Origin: Staphylococcus phage LY01 | DNA: 64,000 bases | Sequence record: OR836606.1 | Direction: 5' to 3' (one strand) | Shown: positions 46,058 through 56,990 of the stretch, piece after piece | How positions within the stretch are numbered: the first letter of the stretch is position 1 | How the letters are laid out: the number at the start of each line of letters is the position of its first letter | Notes under the pieces: generated by a model | Told to the model about the DNA's origin: nothing | The model's database searches: none | The model's input: only the letters and a program-made list of their open reading frames with translations | Program-made: the position numbers and the translations under genes

Positions 46058-47218
46058 ATGAAAGGATGTGAAATGCATATGGATATTAGTATAATAGAAC
46101 GTATAATAAACTCTAAAAAATTAAATTATAATAAAATGACTGAATTAGTTAGACCTTATGTAGAAGGAGGTAGATTTGGTAGTAACACTAAAAATGATAA
46201 TGTAACTATATATGTAGACTTAAATTCAGTTATTAAACAATTATATTCACCTCAAATTGCTGAAAGTTTTACACATGTGAAAACTAAAGATAGACTAAAT
46301 TTAGTTGTCGAATTAGTTAATATAATAGGTCATTATCGTCATTTCTTTGCTAGTAGATTAAATATGCATAGCAGATTCTTCTTATTCTATTCAGATAAAG
46401 AGTCTATATATCATACTAACATTGATAAAGATTATAAAAAAGAATATTATAAAAAAATGAATAAAGATAATATAACTTACAGAGATGTTAATAAGACTAT
46501 TAAATCGACTTTAGAATTAGTTAAAACGATAGTTAAATATATACCTAACGCATATTTTATAGATACGTATAAAATAGAGCCGACTATATTACCTTATTAT
46601 ATTTTATCTAAAACTAATATTGAAAACAATGATGATTATTCATTAATAGTTAGTAATGATAAAATATACAGACAGCTATTAAAATATAAAGATAGATTAT
46701 TACTATTAGAACTACGTGGTTCAGAGAAAAGTAAAGTAATAACTAAAGAGAATATTAAAGATGAATTATTTAGTTCTAATACTAAAAAAGATATTAACGA
46801 TTTTGTTAATATAGATTACAATATATTAGATTTATATAACTTATTTATGGAACATAAAGATCAAGAATATAAATCAATTCCAAGTTATGGACCTGTATCG
46901 ACTGTGAAATTATTAGATAAAATGATATCTGATTTAAAATTATCTCCTTTAAAAGAATATAATAATGAATCGTCTCTAAGAAAACTATTTGAAAATGAAA
47001 TAAAAGAAGAAAAATTAGAAGAATTAATTAATAGATTTAAATTATTCAATCACCCTCATATAGTTGATGAAATTGATGGAAGTAAAATTCAAAATATATT
47101 ATCATCTCAAATAATAGATTTTAATGACCCTAATGAAATTAAAAGACTTAATGAAGAAATATTTGAAAGAACTTACATTAACATAGATTATTTATTTGAA
47201 GGAGAACTAAATCGATAA
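46058..47218 (+). CDS. hypothetical protein (386 aa)
   Basis: Long ORF. Confidence 0.5.
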   Translation: MKGCEMHMDISIIERIINSKKLNYNKMTELVRPYVEGGRFGSNTKNDNVTIYVDLNSVIKQLYSPQIAESFTHVKTKDRLNLVVELVNIIGHYRHFFASRLNMHSRFFLFYSDKESIYHTNIDKDYKKEYYKKMNKDNITYRDVNKTIKSTLELVKTIVKYIPNAYFIDTYKIEPTILPYYILSKTNIENNDDYSLIVSNDKIYRQLLKYKDRLLLLELRGSEKSKVITKENIKDELFSSNTKKDINDFVNIDYNILDLYNLFMEHKDQEYKSIPSYGPVSTVKLLDKMISDLKLSPLKEYNNESSLRKLFENEIKEEKLEELINRFKLFNHPHIVDEIDGSKIQNILSSQIIDFNDPNEIKRLNEEIFERTYINIDYLFEGELNR

Positions 47219-47247
47219 AATTTTCTATGATCCGAAAAAAAAAATAT

Positions 47248-47302
47248 ACCCATACACTCATTAATATAGAGTGTATGGGTATATTTTTAATATTTTTTTT
47301 TT
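47248..47302. terminator. Bidirectional terminator: 12-bp hairpin acccatacactc..gagtgtatgggt flanked by an A-run and a T-run
   Basis: Lies between convergent genes. Confidence 0.7.
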
Positions 47303-49034
47303 AGTATTGAGAAATAAATTGTGATACTTCAGAGATAAAGTATTTTTTATCGATATCCGCAATAATTTCTTCATCTTCTTCTTTATCTTCAGGAGTAAAG
47401 CTAAATGAATAACCATTTACTAATGCTATACGTAAGATAAAGTTATCTTTTTCAGTAATATCATTAATAAATCTATATTTATCCCAAGCAGCAATATAAT
47501 ATTTATCTGCAATTACATCTAATGACAATTTACCTACATTTTTAGCTTTTGTGCCCGAAACAACTTTACTTGCTACTATTTTTCCTAAAGTTTCCATATT
47601 ATTTTCAATAAGTTCTTTAGACATAATAGCTAGTAATGAAACAATGCTCTTTCTATCATTTGTATTAACGTTAAAGTATTCAGCAAAATAAACTTTAATT
47701 AAATGAGATTGTAAATCATTAATATAATCAAATTTATCATATAAACGATTAATGTAATCATCACTAATATTTAATTCTCTTAAACGTTCATTAATAAATC
47801 TATCAATAGTAATTTTATTGGCTAAATCTAAACGTTCATTAACTTTATGGAAGTTATTCATTTGGAATTTATCAAAACTATCTTCATCATCGTCATCATC
47901 TGTAGATAAACGTATTGATCTAAACTTAATTGGATATTTATATTGAAATTCATAATCGATTGAGAATTTAATAACAGAAGTAAAATAAGATACTGCAGAA
48001 GTATCTACCAATAATTTACATACAATTTGTCGAATGATTTTGTCCATTATTTTATTGATAACAGTATCAGGGTCAATTGAACGTAAATCTAAAAATCTCC
48101 AAATAACTCTATCGTTGTATTTTGTTTTGATTACTTTAGGTTCTACAATCTTATAAAGCTTATTGTTATTACTTACATTGTAATCAAATGAAGAAATACA
48201 CATACAATAATTAAATGCCTTAAAGTAACCATTTTTAGTTCTTTCCTTATCTGCATCTGAATTCTCACAATGATATTTATTAGTAATCACATAATATTGA
48301 CTAATAAATGGGATAATAAATCTTTGCATTACAGCTGCAAATAAAAATGATTTATTTACTTGGTCAGTTACTTGTAAATCTCTCTTAATAACTTTTTTAC
48401 TTTGTAATATAGCTTCAGCATTAGTCTGGTCTAAATTAATTGTATAATTATTATCAACAATATTTCTAATAATATTTCTTAAATCTTCATCTTCAATAAT
48501 ATTCTGAATATCTTTAAAGAAATCATTTTCTTCATAATTTTCTTTTAATTTAGCTATTTTACTTAATATAGTCGCACCTTTAATCATTATATGAGGAATC
48601 TCATTAACTATAAAATTCATATCATTTACAATATAATCTAAAATACTTTTGTAAGATCTTTGTTTAATTTGAATAGTGAATATAGTATCGAAATCTTTAT
48701 CTTTAGATACTTTACGATTATCAGTTTCTAATATTTTATTGAAGTCTATAAATATAGTATCATTCTTTTCACTTTCAATAAATTTAACTAATGGAAGAAT
48801 ATCTTTCCTTTGTATGTACTCTAATTCAATTTTACCATTTTTATTTTTTCTTTCAAGTGTATCTAGATCTTTAGAATTAATGTATTTATTAGTTAAATCA
48901 AAATTACCAGAAACTCTTTTAAGCTTATTAACATTACTAGATAATAATGGTACTTCTACGTTATTATTAACTAATTTATCAATATTTTTTAAATCTAAAC
49001 CCTCTTTGCGCTCTAATTCTTTAACTTTATTCAA
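47301..49034 (-). CDS. hypothetical protein (577 aa)
   Basis: Long ORF. Confidence 0.5.
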   Translation of the reverse strand: MNKVKELERKEGLDLKNIDKLVNNNVEVPLLSSNVNKLKRVSGNFDLTNKYINSKDLDTLERKNKNGKIELEYIQRKDILPLVKFIESEKNDTIFIDFNKILETDNRKVSKDKDFDTIFTIQIKQRSYKSILDYIVNDMNFIVNEIPHIMIKGATILSKIAKLKENYEENDFFKDIQNIIEDEDLRNIIRNIVDNNYTINLDQTNAEAILQSKKVIKRDLQVTDQVNKSFLFAAVMQRFIIPFISQYYVITNKYHCENSDADKERTKNGYFKAFNYCMCISSFDYNVSNNNKLYKIVEPKVIKTKYNDRVIWRFLDLRSIDPDTVINKIMDKIIRQIVCKLLVDTSAVSYFTSVIKFSIDYEFQYKYPIKFRSIRLSTDDDDDEDSFDKFQMNNFHKVNERLDLANKITIDRFINERLRELNISDDYINRLYDKFDYINDLQSHLIKVYFAEYFNVNTNDRKSIVSLLAIMSKELIENNMETLGKIVASKVVSGTKAKNVGKLSLDVIADKYYIAAWDKYRFINDITEKDNFILRIALVNGYSFSFTPEDKEEDEEIIADIDKKYFISEVSQFISQY

Positions 49035-49110
49035 TATCAGGCACTCTCCTTAAATAATAATTAAGATAAATAAATATTATTTATCATTTATATAATATAT
49101 ATTTAATAAA

Positions 49111-49884
49111 TCATTTTCTTCTTATAGAGTTAGTCTTCTTAACTTTTTTAACTTTGCCTATAGGTTTAACTTTTCTATTAATAGGTTTAGTTACTCTTTT
49201 CTTTTCTTCATTTCTTTTATCAATACGATTACTTATTTGCTTTTTAATACCTGATGAATTTTTCTTAGAAGAATTTTTTTGTTTTTTAATCTTATTATAT
49301 TCACGTAATTTTAATTCTGAAGATTTAAAAGAGCTTTTAATTCTTTGTCTATTAGGCAATGTTAAATGAAGTGGATTTTTTAATGCTTTAGGATTAGTTT
49401 CTAAATATAAAAGTGCAAAATAAACTGATTTCTCAAAACCGTATTCAAGTCTAGGGTTTCTAATTTCTGGAGGTTGATTCAAAGCTTTAGGGCCTAATTT
49501 ATAGCTTAACCAACTTATTAGCAAATCATCTTTATTATATAGATATCCATATGTAAACATAAAGTTAGGTGAATTACTAATAAATCTTATTAAGTAGTTA
49601 TTAAGATCTCTTGATTTAGCTACCTTTTCATTAGGCGGTCTAAATTCAATAATAACATCATACGATAAATTTTCTCTAAAATAGTCTTCTGAAGGTATTT
49701 GGAAATAGAAATAGTATTTATCTTGATACAGGAAGATTTTTAATTTAAAATTTCTTCTATTCTTTTTATAAAGATAAGAAAATCTAGTTCGCATATCTAA
49801 TATGATTCTATCACGTCTAGCTACTGTAGCTGAACCTTTTCCTGTAGGGTTTTTGAGAAATTGAGATGCTGTAAAATTAGTCAA
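49111..49884 (-). CDS. hypothetical protein with a Lys/Arg-rich C-terminal tail (257 aa)
   Basis: ORF. Confidence 0.5.
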   Translation of the reverse strand: MTNFTASQFLKNPTGKGSATVARRDRIILDMRTRFSYLYKKNRRNFKLKIFLYQDKYYFYFQIPSEDYFRENLSYDVIIEFRPPNEKVAKSRDLNNYLIRFISNSPNFMFTYGYLYNKDDLLISWLSYKLGPKALNQPPEIRNPRLEYGFEKSVYFALLYLETNPKALKNPLHLTLPNRQRIKSSFKSSELKLREYNKIKKQKNSSKKNSSGIKKQISNRIDKRNEEKKRVTKPINRKVKPIGKVKKVKKTNSIRRK

Positions 49885-49999
49885 TTGTGTATAAACCTCC
49901 TACTTAATATATTTTTAATTATAACAAAAAATTAGAAAAAATGCAAATAAAGAATTATAAAAATCTAAATTTATAAAAATAGTTATTAATTTAATATTA

Positions 50000-50044
50000 C
50001 TCACAAAAATAAGCCGAAACCATTATTAATCAAATGGTTTCGGC
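50000..50044 (-). terminator. Hairpin gccgaaaccatt..aatggtttcggc followed by U5 on the minus strand, downstream of the chaperonin gene
   Basis: 12-bp stem. Confidence 0.6.
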
Positions 50045-50053
50045 GATAAGCTT

Positions 50054-51805
50054 TTATTGTGGAATAATAACTGAATTAGTTAAGAATTGATTGCTTAGTG
50101 AAATCAATCCTATAATACTAATAGTTGTTTCTAATATTTTGATATCTGTTTCTACTGAGTTAATGATATCTGTATTATTATCATCTTCATATTCATTATT
50201 TTTAATATTCAATATAGCATCTTTATCTATACAAGTTTGAGTAATTGATTCAATTTCTCCCGGACTAAATCTATTAAAATTTTCTAATACTTTATGGTAA
50301 ACTTCCCTTGAAGATACATCAATTAAATCTAATGTTAAGTTATCTAAAGTACTTAAAACTTCTCTATTAATATTTTTAATAACTTTATTTACTGATAAGT
50401 TTCCTCCAGATACATAACCATATTCTAACGCAGATTTAGAAGCATGTACTGAATCTTCTACTAGATATAATCTAGAAGTTTTTTCTGCTTGAGAAGAACC
50501 ACCAACGTATAATTTAGCAATAGCATTATTTAAAGAATTTGCTCTTTTTTGTAAATCAGTAATAGATGTAATGGCTTGATCTGAATTCATATCTTTATAA
50601 TAAGTTATTTCATTATTAATTTCTGAAATTCTATCTTTAAGTTTTTGAGTACCGTTACCATAACCATTGATAATTTGCGTTTTAAAATTATCAATAATAA
50701 TTCTTTCAGCTCTACCGATCATATTTTCTTTAAATAATAGCCATTCTGGATTAGTTTCAGGAAGTTCTACAATAGACTCAATTTCTTTATAAAAATCTTC
50801 TTTTTCCATAGTTTTATCAATAATAGATCCACCTGTATAAATAGCTAAATCTTCTAATTTTTCTGGGTCATGATAATGAGAGCCAATAGATAATTCAAAG
50901 TCAGTTTCAACTGCTTTTAATGAACCATTGTTTCTATTAGCATATAAATTATTTTTAATATAGTCTTTAAACTCTTTAGAAAAAGATGGAGCAAAGAAAA
51001 TTAATCCTTGTCCTGAGAAAGGTTTAATTTTAGCAATAATATTTGATGTCCATTCAATATCTTCTTCAGTTAGTTTATCATTAACAACAACTACATAAGG
51101 TTTACTAAAATCAACTGAATGATCATCTTTATTATTAATTAATTTATTGTCCAATAATGCATGTGGGGTTTCAATACCTCTAGTTAAAGTATAATGATCT
51201 TCTTCATTATCAGAAACTTCAGGGAATATAAAACCTTTACTGCCAATTTTAGAGAAAATTTCGTAAACCATTTCCCCTAATTTTTCATCATTATTATTAG
51301 ATACTGTAGCGATATTTTTTAATTTATGGAAATTATTTTGATCGATTTTAGTGGATTTTGAAATCAACTCTTTAGAAATTAATTCTTTCATGTTATTTAA
51401 TGAATCTGAAATTTCTTTACGTGAATATCCGCCTAAATCGTCTTTTTCTTTTAGTCTTCTATTAATTTCTTTAAACATGGCTTGTGAGTTAATTACTGAT
51501 GAAGTTGATCCATCTCCCACTGATTTAACTAATGATAAAGATACTTCTTTAATGAAATTCAAAATAGCTGTAGCGATTGTATCTTGAAATCTAATATTTT
51601 TTAGAATATTATAACCATCTTTAGTTACATATCTACTAATACCATCATCAAAAATAGTTGTAGAACCAAAATATCCTAATGATTTCATTAAAGTATTTGA
51701 AATAGTATCAATAGTTAACTCAGCAATATCTTTATACGAATCTTCATCTACAATATTTGAAACTAATTTTTTCTTTTCTTTATTCTTATCTAACATTCCC
51801 TTCAA
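50054..51805 (-). CDS. Phage-encoded GroEL-like chaperonin (Cpn60 family), 583 aa
   Basis: 'SLGYFGSTTIFD..VTKDGYNILKNIRF' resembles GroEL 'TLGPKGRNVVLD..ITKDGVSVAREIEL'. 'VGDGSTSSVINSQAM' resembles the GroEL signature 'AGDGTTTATVLAQAI'. The length is typical. Confidence 0.75.
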   Translation of the reverse strand: MKGMLDKNKEKKKLVSNIVDEDSYKDIAELTIDTISNTLMKSLGYFGSTTIFDDGISRYVTKDGYNILKNIRFQDTIATAILNFIKEVSLSLVKSVGDGSTSSVINSQAMFKEINRRLKEKDDLGGYSRKEISDSLNNMKELISKELISKSTKIDQNNFHKLKNIATVSNNNDEKLGEMVYEIFSKIGSKGFIFPEVSDNEEDHYTLTRGIETPHALLDNKLINNKDDHSVDFSKPYVVVVNDKLTEEDIEWTSNIIAKIKPFSGQGLIFFAPSFSKEFKDYIKNNLYANRNNGSLKAVETDFELSIGSHYHDPEKLEDLAIYTGGSIIDKTMEKEDFYKEIESIVELPETNPEWLLFKENMIGRAERIIIDNFKTQIINGYGNGTQKLKDRISEINNEITYYKDMNSDQAITSITDLQKRANSLNNAIAKLYVGGSSQAEKTSRLYLVEDSVHASKSALEYGYVSGGNLSVNKVIKNINREVLSTLDNLTLDLIDVSSREVYHKVLENFNRFSPGEIESITQTCIDKDAILNIKNNEYEDDNNTDIINSVETDIKILETTISIIGLISLSNQFLTNSVIIPQ

Positions 51806-51813
51806 ACCTCACT

Positions 51814-52107
51814 TTATACAATTGAAATTCTTATACTATTTTTGTTGTCTTCAAATTTTAAATTTTTCATATATGAAACTTTTTCTTTTAATTTTTCTTT
51901 ATCTTCTGTTTCTAAAATAATGTAATCAAATTCATTATAGTTTTTAGAAAATCCTTCTTTAATTTTATAATCTACGTCATATAAAAGATTTACAAACAAT
52001 AAACCTTTATCAGAATGGCATAGAGATGATAGAATATTTTCATCATCTTCAACAAGAGAATCATAAATATGAAGGATTTTCTGACTATCTTTAGTATTAG
52101 TAACCAA
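51814..52107 (-). CDS. hypothetical protein (97 aa)
   Basis: ORF immediately upstream of the chaperonin gene. Confidence 0.4.
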   Translation of the reverse strand: MVTNTKDSQKILHIYDSLVEDDENILSSLCHSDKGLLFVNLLYDVDYKIKEGFSKNYNEFDYIILETEDKEKLKEKVSYMKNLKFEDNKNSIRISIV

Positions 52108-52405
52108 TCAATAGTCAGCTCCTTTCATTTTTTTTATCCACCAGGATTTAAGTGTCTCGGTAGTTCTACTTTAGGCATTCCATTATTAAAATCTCTTCTT
52201 TGAGCAGATTCTAATTTTTGTTGTTGCATACGTTTATTCTTCATTTCTTTTTCTTTAGCTTTAACCATAGAATTTAATATATTTAATTCCATATTAAGAA
52301 TTTCATTAAAAGATAAACGTCCTTCAAATAAATCAAGCAGATATGCTATATACGCTGCATCATCAAAGACCTTCTTTTTATACTGCTTGGAGTTGGTCGT
52401 TGTTA

Positions 52406-53884
52406 CTAAACCAAATGCAGCGCTTCCCGAAAAAGCATTTCACTCATATCAATATCAATCTTACCTAGATCTTCTCCACAATTAGGACATTTTGCACCTT
52501 TAATTGCATATTCAATAGCATTTTTATTAACACGATCATAGATAGCATCAGTTAATTGATGTCCATCACGAATAGAAAGATTTTCAATAATTTTCATTTT
52601 ATCCTTCATATTGTCTTCATTTAATTTACGGAATTTAGGTTTTTTCCCTTCTTTAAGTGTTTTTAAATCAGGAATATAAACATTTTTAACATGCATTAAA
52701 GCTGTAGCATTTTGTTTGAATCTTTCCGATTCTTCTTCAGTTAGTCCATCCATATGAATACTGCCCAAAACTTTTAAGTGCTTTTCAACAGTAGGCGTTA
52801 CAATTTCAAAGATAATTTTAGAGTCTTTTAAAGCAATACGCTGTTCTGTGTAAATTAATGAATGTTTTTTATTTTCATCAATACTAGTGATATTTTTAAC
52901 ATTTTTAGTAACATGTTCGAAAACATCTTCATCTTTAAATGACATTAACTGATCATTAGAAATTTTAACGTCTTTTAATTCAGCTTTACAGCTACCACAT
53001 CTAATGTCAAATTTAGTTTCACCAGGGAATGAAATATTATATAATCCATATTCAATAGTACTAACATCGTATACGGAAGTCAATCTAGCAAAATCTTGGA
53101 AATTATTAATTCCTAATGAATTTGTATTCATTTTGTGGAAGTATAATTGATATCGTTTTAACATTGCATTGTAATCATCATCAATGGATTCTGCAATAGA
53201 TAAAATCTCTTGGTTACGTAAACTTTCCATATGAGCAATATAAGCTGATTGTGGTAATACAACTTGATGAGTTGCTTTACTATTTAATACGAAATTAGTA
53301 TTTTCTTTATCAATATCATAATCAATATCAGAAATAATTTCAATATTGTCTAAATCTACATTAATATTATTTAATAGATTAGCTCTTTCATCGCTACTAA
53401 TGTTTTCGATTTCTTTAATAATCTTTTGGTTCTCATATTCTTTTTTAGCTTTTTGTTCTTGTTGTTCTTCAAATTCAGATAATGTCATATTAGAAGTATC
53501 TTCTTCTGATTTTCCTTCATTAAAACCATAAGAAGTTAAATTTTCATAATCAATGAAACCTTCTGCTGGTTGTGGACCATCTAAATTGATATGATCTGTT
53601 TTAGCTTGTTCTTGTTCATTATCAACACTAGCACTCATCATAGTCTGATTGTCTTTATTTCTTTGAGTTGGAATCGCCGATTTACTATTTTGATTCTGTT
53701 TTTTACCTTGCTGTTTATTATTATTTCTTCTGCGATTGTTGTTTTTCTTTTTATTACCTTGATTGTTTTTATTATGTGGTTGTTTTTGTTTTCCATCATT
53801 ATTAGAAGAACCTTGATTAATTTCATTTAATTCTTCTTCAGACATAAAATCATTAAGTTCATTGTTATCTGCTTTTTTTACCAT
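52406..53884 (-). CDS. hypothetical protein (492 aa): long N/K/Q/R-rich low-complexity N-terminus and two CxxC pairs (CGSC..., CPNC)
   Basis: ORF with a putative zinc ribbon. Confidence 0.5.
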   Translation of the reverse strand: MVKKADNNELNDFMSEEELNEINQGSSNNDGKQKQPHNKNNQGNKKKNNNRRRNNNKQQGKKQNQNSKSAIPTQRNKDNQTMMSASVDNEQEQAKTDHINLDGPQPAEGFIDYENLTSYGFNEGKSEEDTSNMTLSEFEEQQEQKAKKEYENQKIIKEIENISSDERANLLNNINVDLDNIEIISDIDYDIDKENTNFVLNSKATHQVVLPQSAYIAHMESLRNQEILSIAESIDDDYNAMLKRYQLYFHKMNTNSLGINNFQDFARLTSVYDVSTIEYGLYNISFPGETKFDIRCGSCKAELKDVKISNDQLMSFKDEDVFEHVTKNVKNITSIDENKKHSLIYTEQRIALKDSKIIFEIVTPTVEKHLKVLGSIHMDGLTEEESERFKQNATALMHVKNVYIPDLKTLKEGKKPKFRKLNEDNMKDKMKIIENLSIRDGHQLTDAIYDRVNKNAIEYAIKGAKCPNCGEDLGKIDIDMSEMLFREALHLV

Positions 53885-53926
53885 TTATCTATTTCTCCAT
53901 TCTTTTCTTTTATTATTTTTAAAGTC

Positions 53927-54328
53927 TTAGCTTAAGACAAGTTTAGTTACCATTTTCTTAGTTAATATATTAGCTGCAAATATATAAGAAAATCTTTGTA
54001 TATTAGATATGTCAATAGTATCTGACAATGTAACATCGATTTTTAAACTATTTAAATTTGCATTACTATTTTTTAATTGTGTTACTTTAACTTCTATATT
54101 AACAGAAGAAGATACTATATATTGACTTATCTGATTATTGATATTACTAGTGATATCGGATATAGTTTCGTTATCTAATATTTCAAATAAATAATCTTCG
54201 ATTCCCACTCCTAAATTTGGAGTATTAGGATAAGTTCCTTTTTTCATTATAATAAGATTTTGTACAGTCTGACCCATAGCTTCCATATCTTCTAACATAT
54301 GTTGACGATTATAAATATTTTGAGCCAT
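53927..54328 (-). CDS. hypothetical protein (133 aa)
   Basis: ORF. Confidence 0.45.
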   Translation of the reverse strand: MAQNIYNRQHMLEDMEAMGQTVQNLIIMKKGTYPNTPNLGVGIEDYLFEILDNETISDITSNINNQISQYIVSSSVNIEVKVTQLKNSNANLNSLKIDVTLSDTIDISNIQRFSYIFAANILTKKMVTKLVLS

Positions 54329-54507
54329 AAATATTTCATTTCTAAAATGTTTCTTTATATTAGCGATTAGCTATCACCAACTTTCAATTAATATACTATA
54401 TAATATTATATTTATAAATAAATATCTTCTTAATTTTTTATAACAAAACAATAGAAACAAGCATTTATACTTAAATAATGATAATGAAAGAACGGTGAAA
54501 ACTAATA

Positions 54508-55239
54508 ATGGCTACAAAATATCATAAATGTCCATTCTGTAAAAAGAAATATGTAGATAAAAAAGGTCTTTATAATCATATGGAAAAATTTCATGAAAAA
54601 GAATTAGGAAATTTATCCGCAGCCAATGTATATTTTAATTATAGAAATAAAAAAACTCATGGTACATGTATTATATGCGGTAAACCTACTAAATTTAATG
54701 AACAAACTGAAAAGTATGAGCGTGTGCATGATAAAGTTTGTAAAGATAAATATAGACAACAATTTAAGGATAGAATGAATAAAAAGTATGGTAAAACAAC
54801 TCTTTTAAATGATCCAGAAATGCAAAATAAAATGTTAGAAAATAGAAGAATTTCAGGTAAATATCATTGGAGCTCTGGTAAAGGTTTACCTACTCAATAT
54901 GTAGGTTCTTATGAAAAAGACTTTTTAGAATTCTTAGATAAACAAATGGATTTTAAATCTAATAATGTATTATCTCCTTCTAATATAGCTATTCCTTATA
55001 CATTTGCTAATAAGAAACATTTCTACATGCCTGATTTTTACCTTCCCGACTTTAATTTATTAATAGAGATTAAAGGTAAAAATAATCATTATCAAAAACG
55101 TGATGAATTAAAAGAGAAGAAAAAAGATGAAGCGGCTTATAATTCTCAATATAATTACATTAAAATTGTAGATAAGAAATATAATGAATTTATAAGATTA
55201 ATTGATGAATTAAGAGAATCTGATGGGATTAAATCATAA
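54508..55239 (+). CDS. C2H2 zinc-finger / PD-(D/E)XK-like nuclease (candidate free-standing homing-type endonuclease), 243 aa
   Basis: N-terminal 'CPFCKKKY..LYNHMEKFH' is a C2H2 finger. C-terminal 'MPDFYLPDFNLLIEIKG' fits PD..(D/E)xK. Confidence 0.5.
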   Translation: MATKYHKCPFCKKKYVDKKGLYNHMEKFHEKELGNLSAANVYFNYRNKKTHGTCIICGKPTKFNEQTEKYERVHDKVCKDKYRQQFKDRMNKKYGKTTLLNDPEMQNKMLENRRISGKYHWSSGKGLPTQYVGSYEKDFLEFLDKQMDFKSNNVLSPSNIAIPYTFANKKHFYMPDFYLPDFNLLIEIKGKNNHYQKRDELKEKKKDEAAYNSQYNYIKIVDKKYNEFIRLIDELRESDGIKS

Positions 55240-55315
55240 TTTATAACAAATTTTTCTAAAAAATATAGAAAACCAAATAGTATTAGATAATAAAATTTGG
55301 AGGCGTTTTCTAGTT

Positions 55316-55876
55316 ATGAAAAAATTCATTCTATTATGTGGTGTGTCAGGTTCAGGAAAAACTGTATTAGCAAATAATTTATCAGATCAAAAGGAATATC
55401 CTCATTTATTTTTTAAAAAATTAGATCAAGTAACTACTAGAAAGCAAAGAGAAGATGAAAAAAATGGAGTAGACTATGTATTCTTAAATAAAGAAGAATA
55501 TGATAGTATGAAAAATAAATTAATAGCAAAGACTAACTTCTATGAAAATTATTATGGTACAATTGATCAAAGCTTAGAATATCTACAAAATGGTATTTAT
55601 AATGTAAATATTATTATTGTAAATAGAGAAGGTAGAGATGCTTCTGTAAGAGATATTAAAGAGAAATATGGGGAAGATTCTGAAATTATTACTATTCAAG
55701 TAATCAATGAAAAAAATCAAGTTAAACGTGAAGGAAGAAATAAAGAAGATTTAGAGAAAGAAAAGAAAGATTTAGATGAAGTAACTGATATTGAAGTAAT
55801 TAATAATACTGGAGATTGGTTAACTAATAAAGAATTTATTAAGACATTGATGAAACATAACTTTGTTAAGAGTTAA
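55316..55876 (+). CDS. P-loop nucleoside/nucleotide kinase (dNMP kinase-like), 186 aa
   Basis: N-terminal Walker A 'LLCGVSGSGKTVLA'. The size is typical of small kinases. Confidence 0.5.
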   Translation: MKKFILLCGVSGSGKTVLANNLSDQKEYPHLFFKKLDQVTTRKQREDEKNGVDYVFLNKEEYDSMKNKLIAKTNFYENYYGTIDQSLEYLQNGIYNVNIIIVNREGRDASVRDIKEKYGEDSEIITIQVINEKNQVKREGRNKEDLEKEKKDLDEVTDIEVINNTGDWLTNKEFIKTLMKHNFVKS

Positions 55877-55943
55877 AATATCATAAAAGAATGACATAAA
55901 ATTTACGAAGACAATTAGATTACAATTTTGAGGAGGTTTTATA

Positions 55944-56078
55944 ATGGGATTTTTAGATTTTTTATTAGATGAATATGGTGAAGTTGCAGAAGGATTACAA
56001 GGTAAATCAGAAGAAGATATTGAGAGAGAATATGAAATTAGTAAAGAAGCTGGCGATGATTATATAGGAGGATTATAA
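55944..56078 (+). CDS. small hypothetical acidic protein (44 aa)
   Basis: Strong RBS GAGGAGGTTTTATAATG. Under 60 aa, so not in the ORF track. Confidence 0.35.
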   Translation: MGFLDFLLDEYGEVAEGLQGKSEEDIEREYEISKEAGDDYIGGL

Positions 56079-56149
56079 ATGAATTGCTTAGCTAATGTAT
56101 TTTTAAATAGTAATTGGTTTATTAAAATATTATAGGGGAGGTAGTTACA

Positions 56150-56917
56150 GTGTCTAATTTATACATGAAAACTAATTACACATCAGACGTAAGATATATT
56201 AAAGATACTGTAATTACTGAATATGATATTAAATCAGCTGGTATGAATATATTATATGATTCAGGTTACTTTAATGAAGAACAATATAATAAATTAAGAA
56301 ATACTCAAAAATATGAAAGAAATGTCATTATTGGTAAGATGTTAAAGAATAATAAAGATATGAATAAAGTATTAATGGATGGTTTTAAAATAGCTAGAAA
56401 GATTTTTATAGAGAATAACAATCTTAAAGATAGTGATATTTTAAGTATTAAAAAAGATGCTATATTTGTTATTGGTAAAAAATGTAATAATTTAAAAATA
56501 TCTAAACATGTTAGATTTATTGAAAGTGAAGAATATGATAATTATATAAATGTATTAGGTAAAGAACATTATATAAATTTATATCAAAATAGAATAGATG
56601 TAAAAGGATATCAGAATGGTGTTAAAGAGCATCATATCAATTATTTGTTTAGATTTTTAATAGAATGTCTATGGGAAGATAAAAAGAAAGATAAAACAGA
56701 TTTATATAAGAAATTATTATTATTTAAAGATAATATGATAAGTCATAATTTACCTTCCGGATTTTATAAAGATATAATTGAAAATAAATATATCATTGAG
56801 ATGGATACATTGGAAATGTATATCGAAGATGACATTAATGAAGAATTGAGAATTGAAGATTTATCTTATAAAAATCAATTAAGATTTTTAACAGATTTAA
56901 TAAATGTTTTATTATAA
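56150..56917 (+). CDS. hypothetical protein (255 aa), GTG start with a GGGGAGG RBS
   Basis: ORF. Confidence 0.5.
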   Translation: MSNLYMKTNYTSDVRYIKDTVITEYDIKSAGMNILYDSGYFNEEQYNKLRNTQKYERNVIIGKMLKNNKDMNKVLMDGFKIARKIFIENNNLKDSDILSIKKDAIFVIGKKCNNLKISKHVRFIESEEYDNYINVLGKEHYINLYQNRIDVKGYQNGVKEHHINYLFRFLIECLWEDKKKDKTDLYKKLLLFKDNMISHNLPSGFYKDIIENKYIIEMDTLEMYIEDDINEELRIEDLSYKNQLRFLTDLINVLL

Positions 56918-56936
56918 AAAAAAAATAATATAAATT

Positions 56937-56990
56937 CCCCTAACCTTAAATTAATAAGGTTAGGGGATACTTTAAGAATTTTTTTGTAAC
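56937..56990. terminator. Family 1 hairpin CCCCTAACCTT-aaattaat-AAGGTTAGGGG followed by a T-run
   Basis: 11-bp stem and T7. Lies between convergent genes. Confidence 0.7.
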
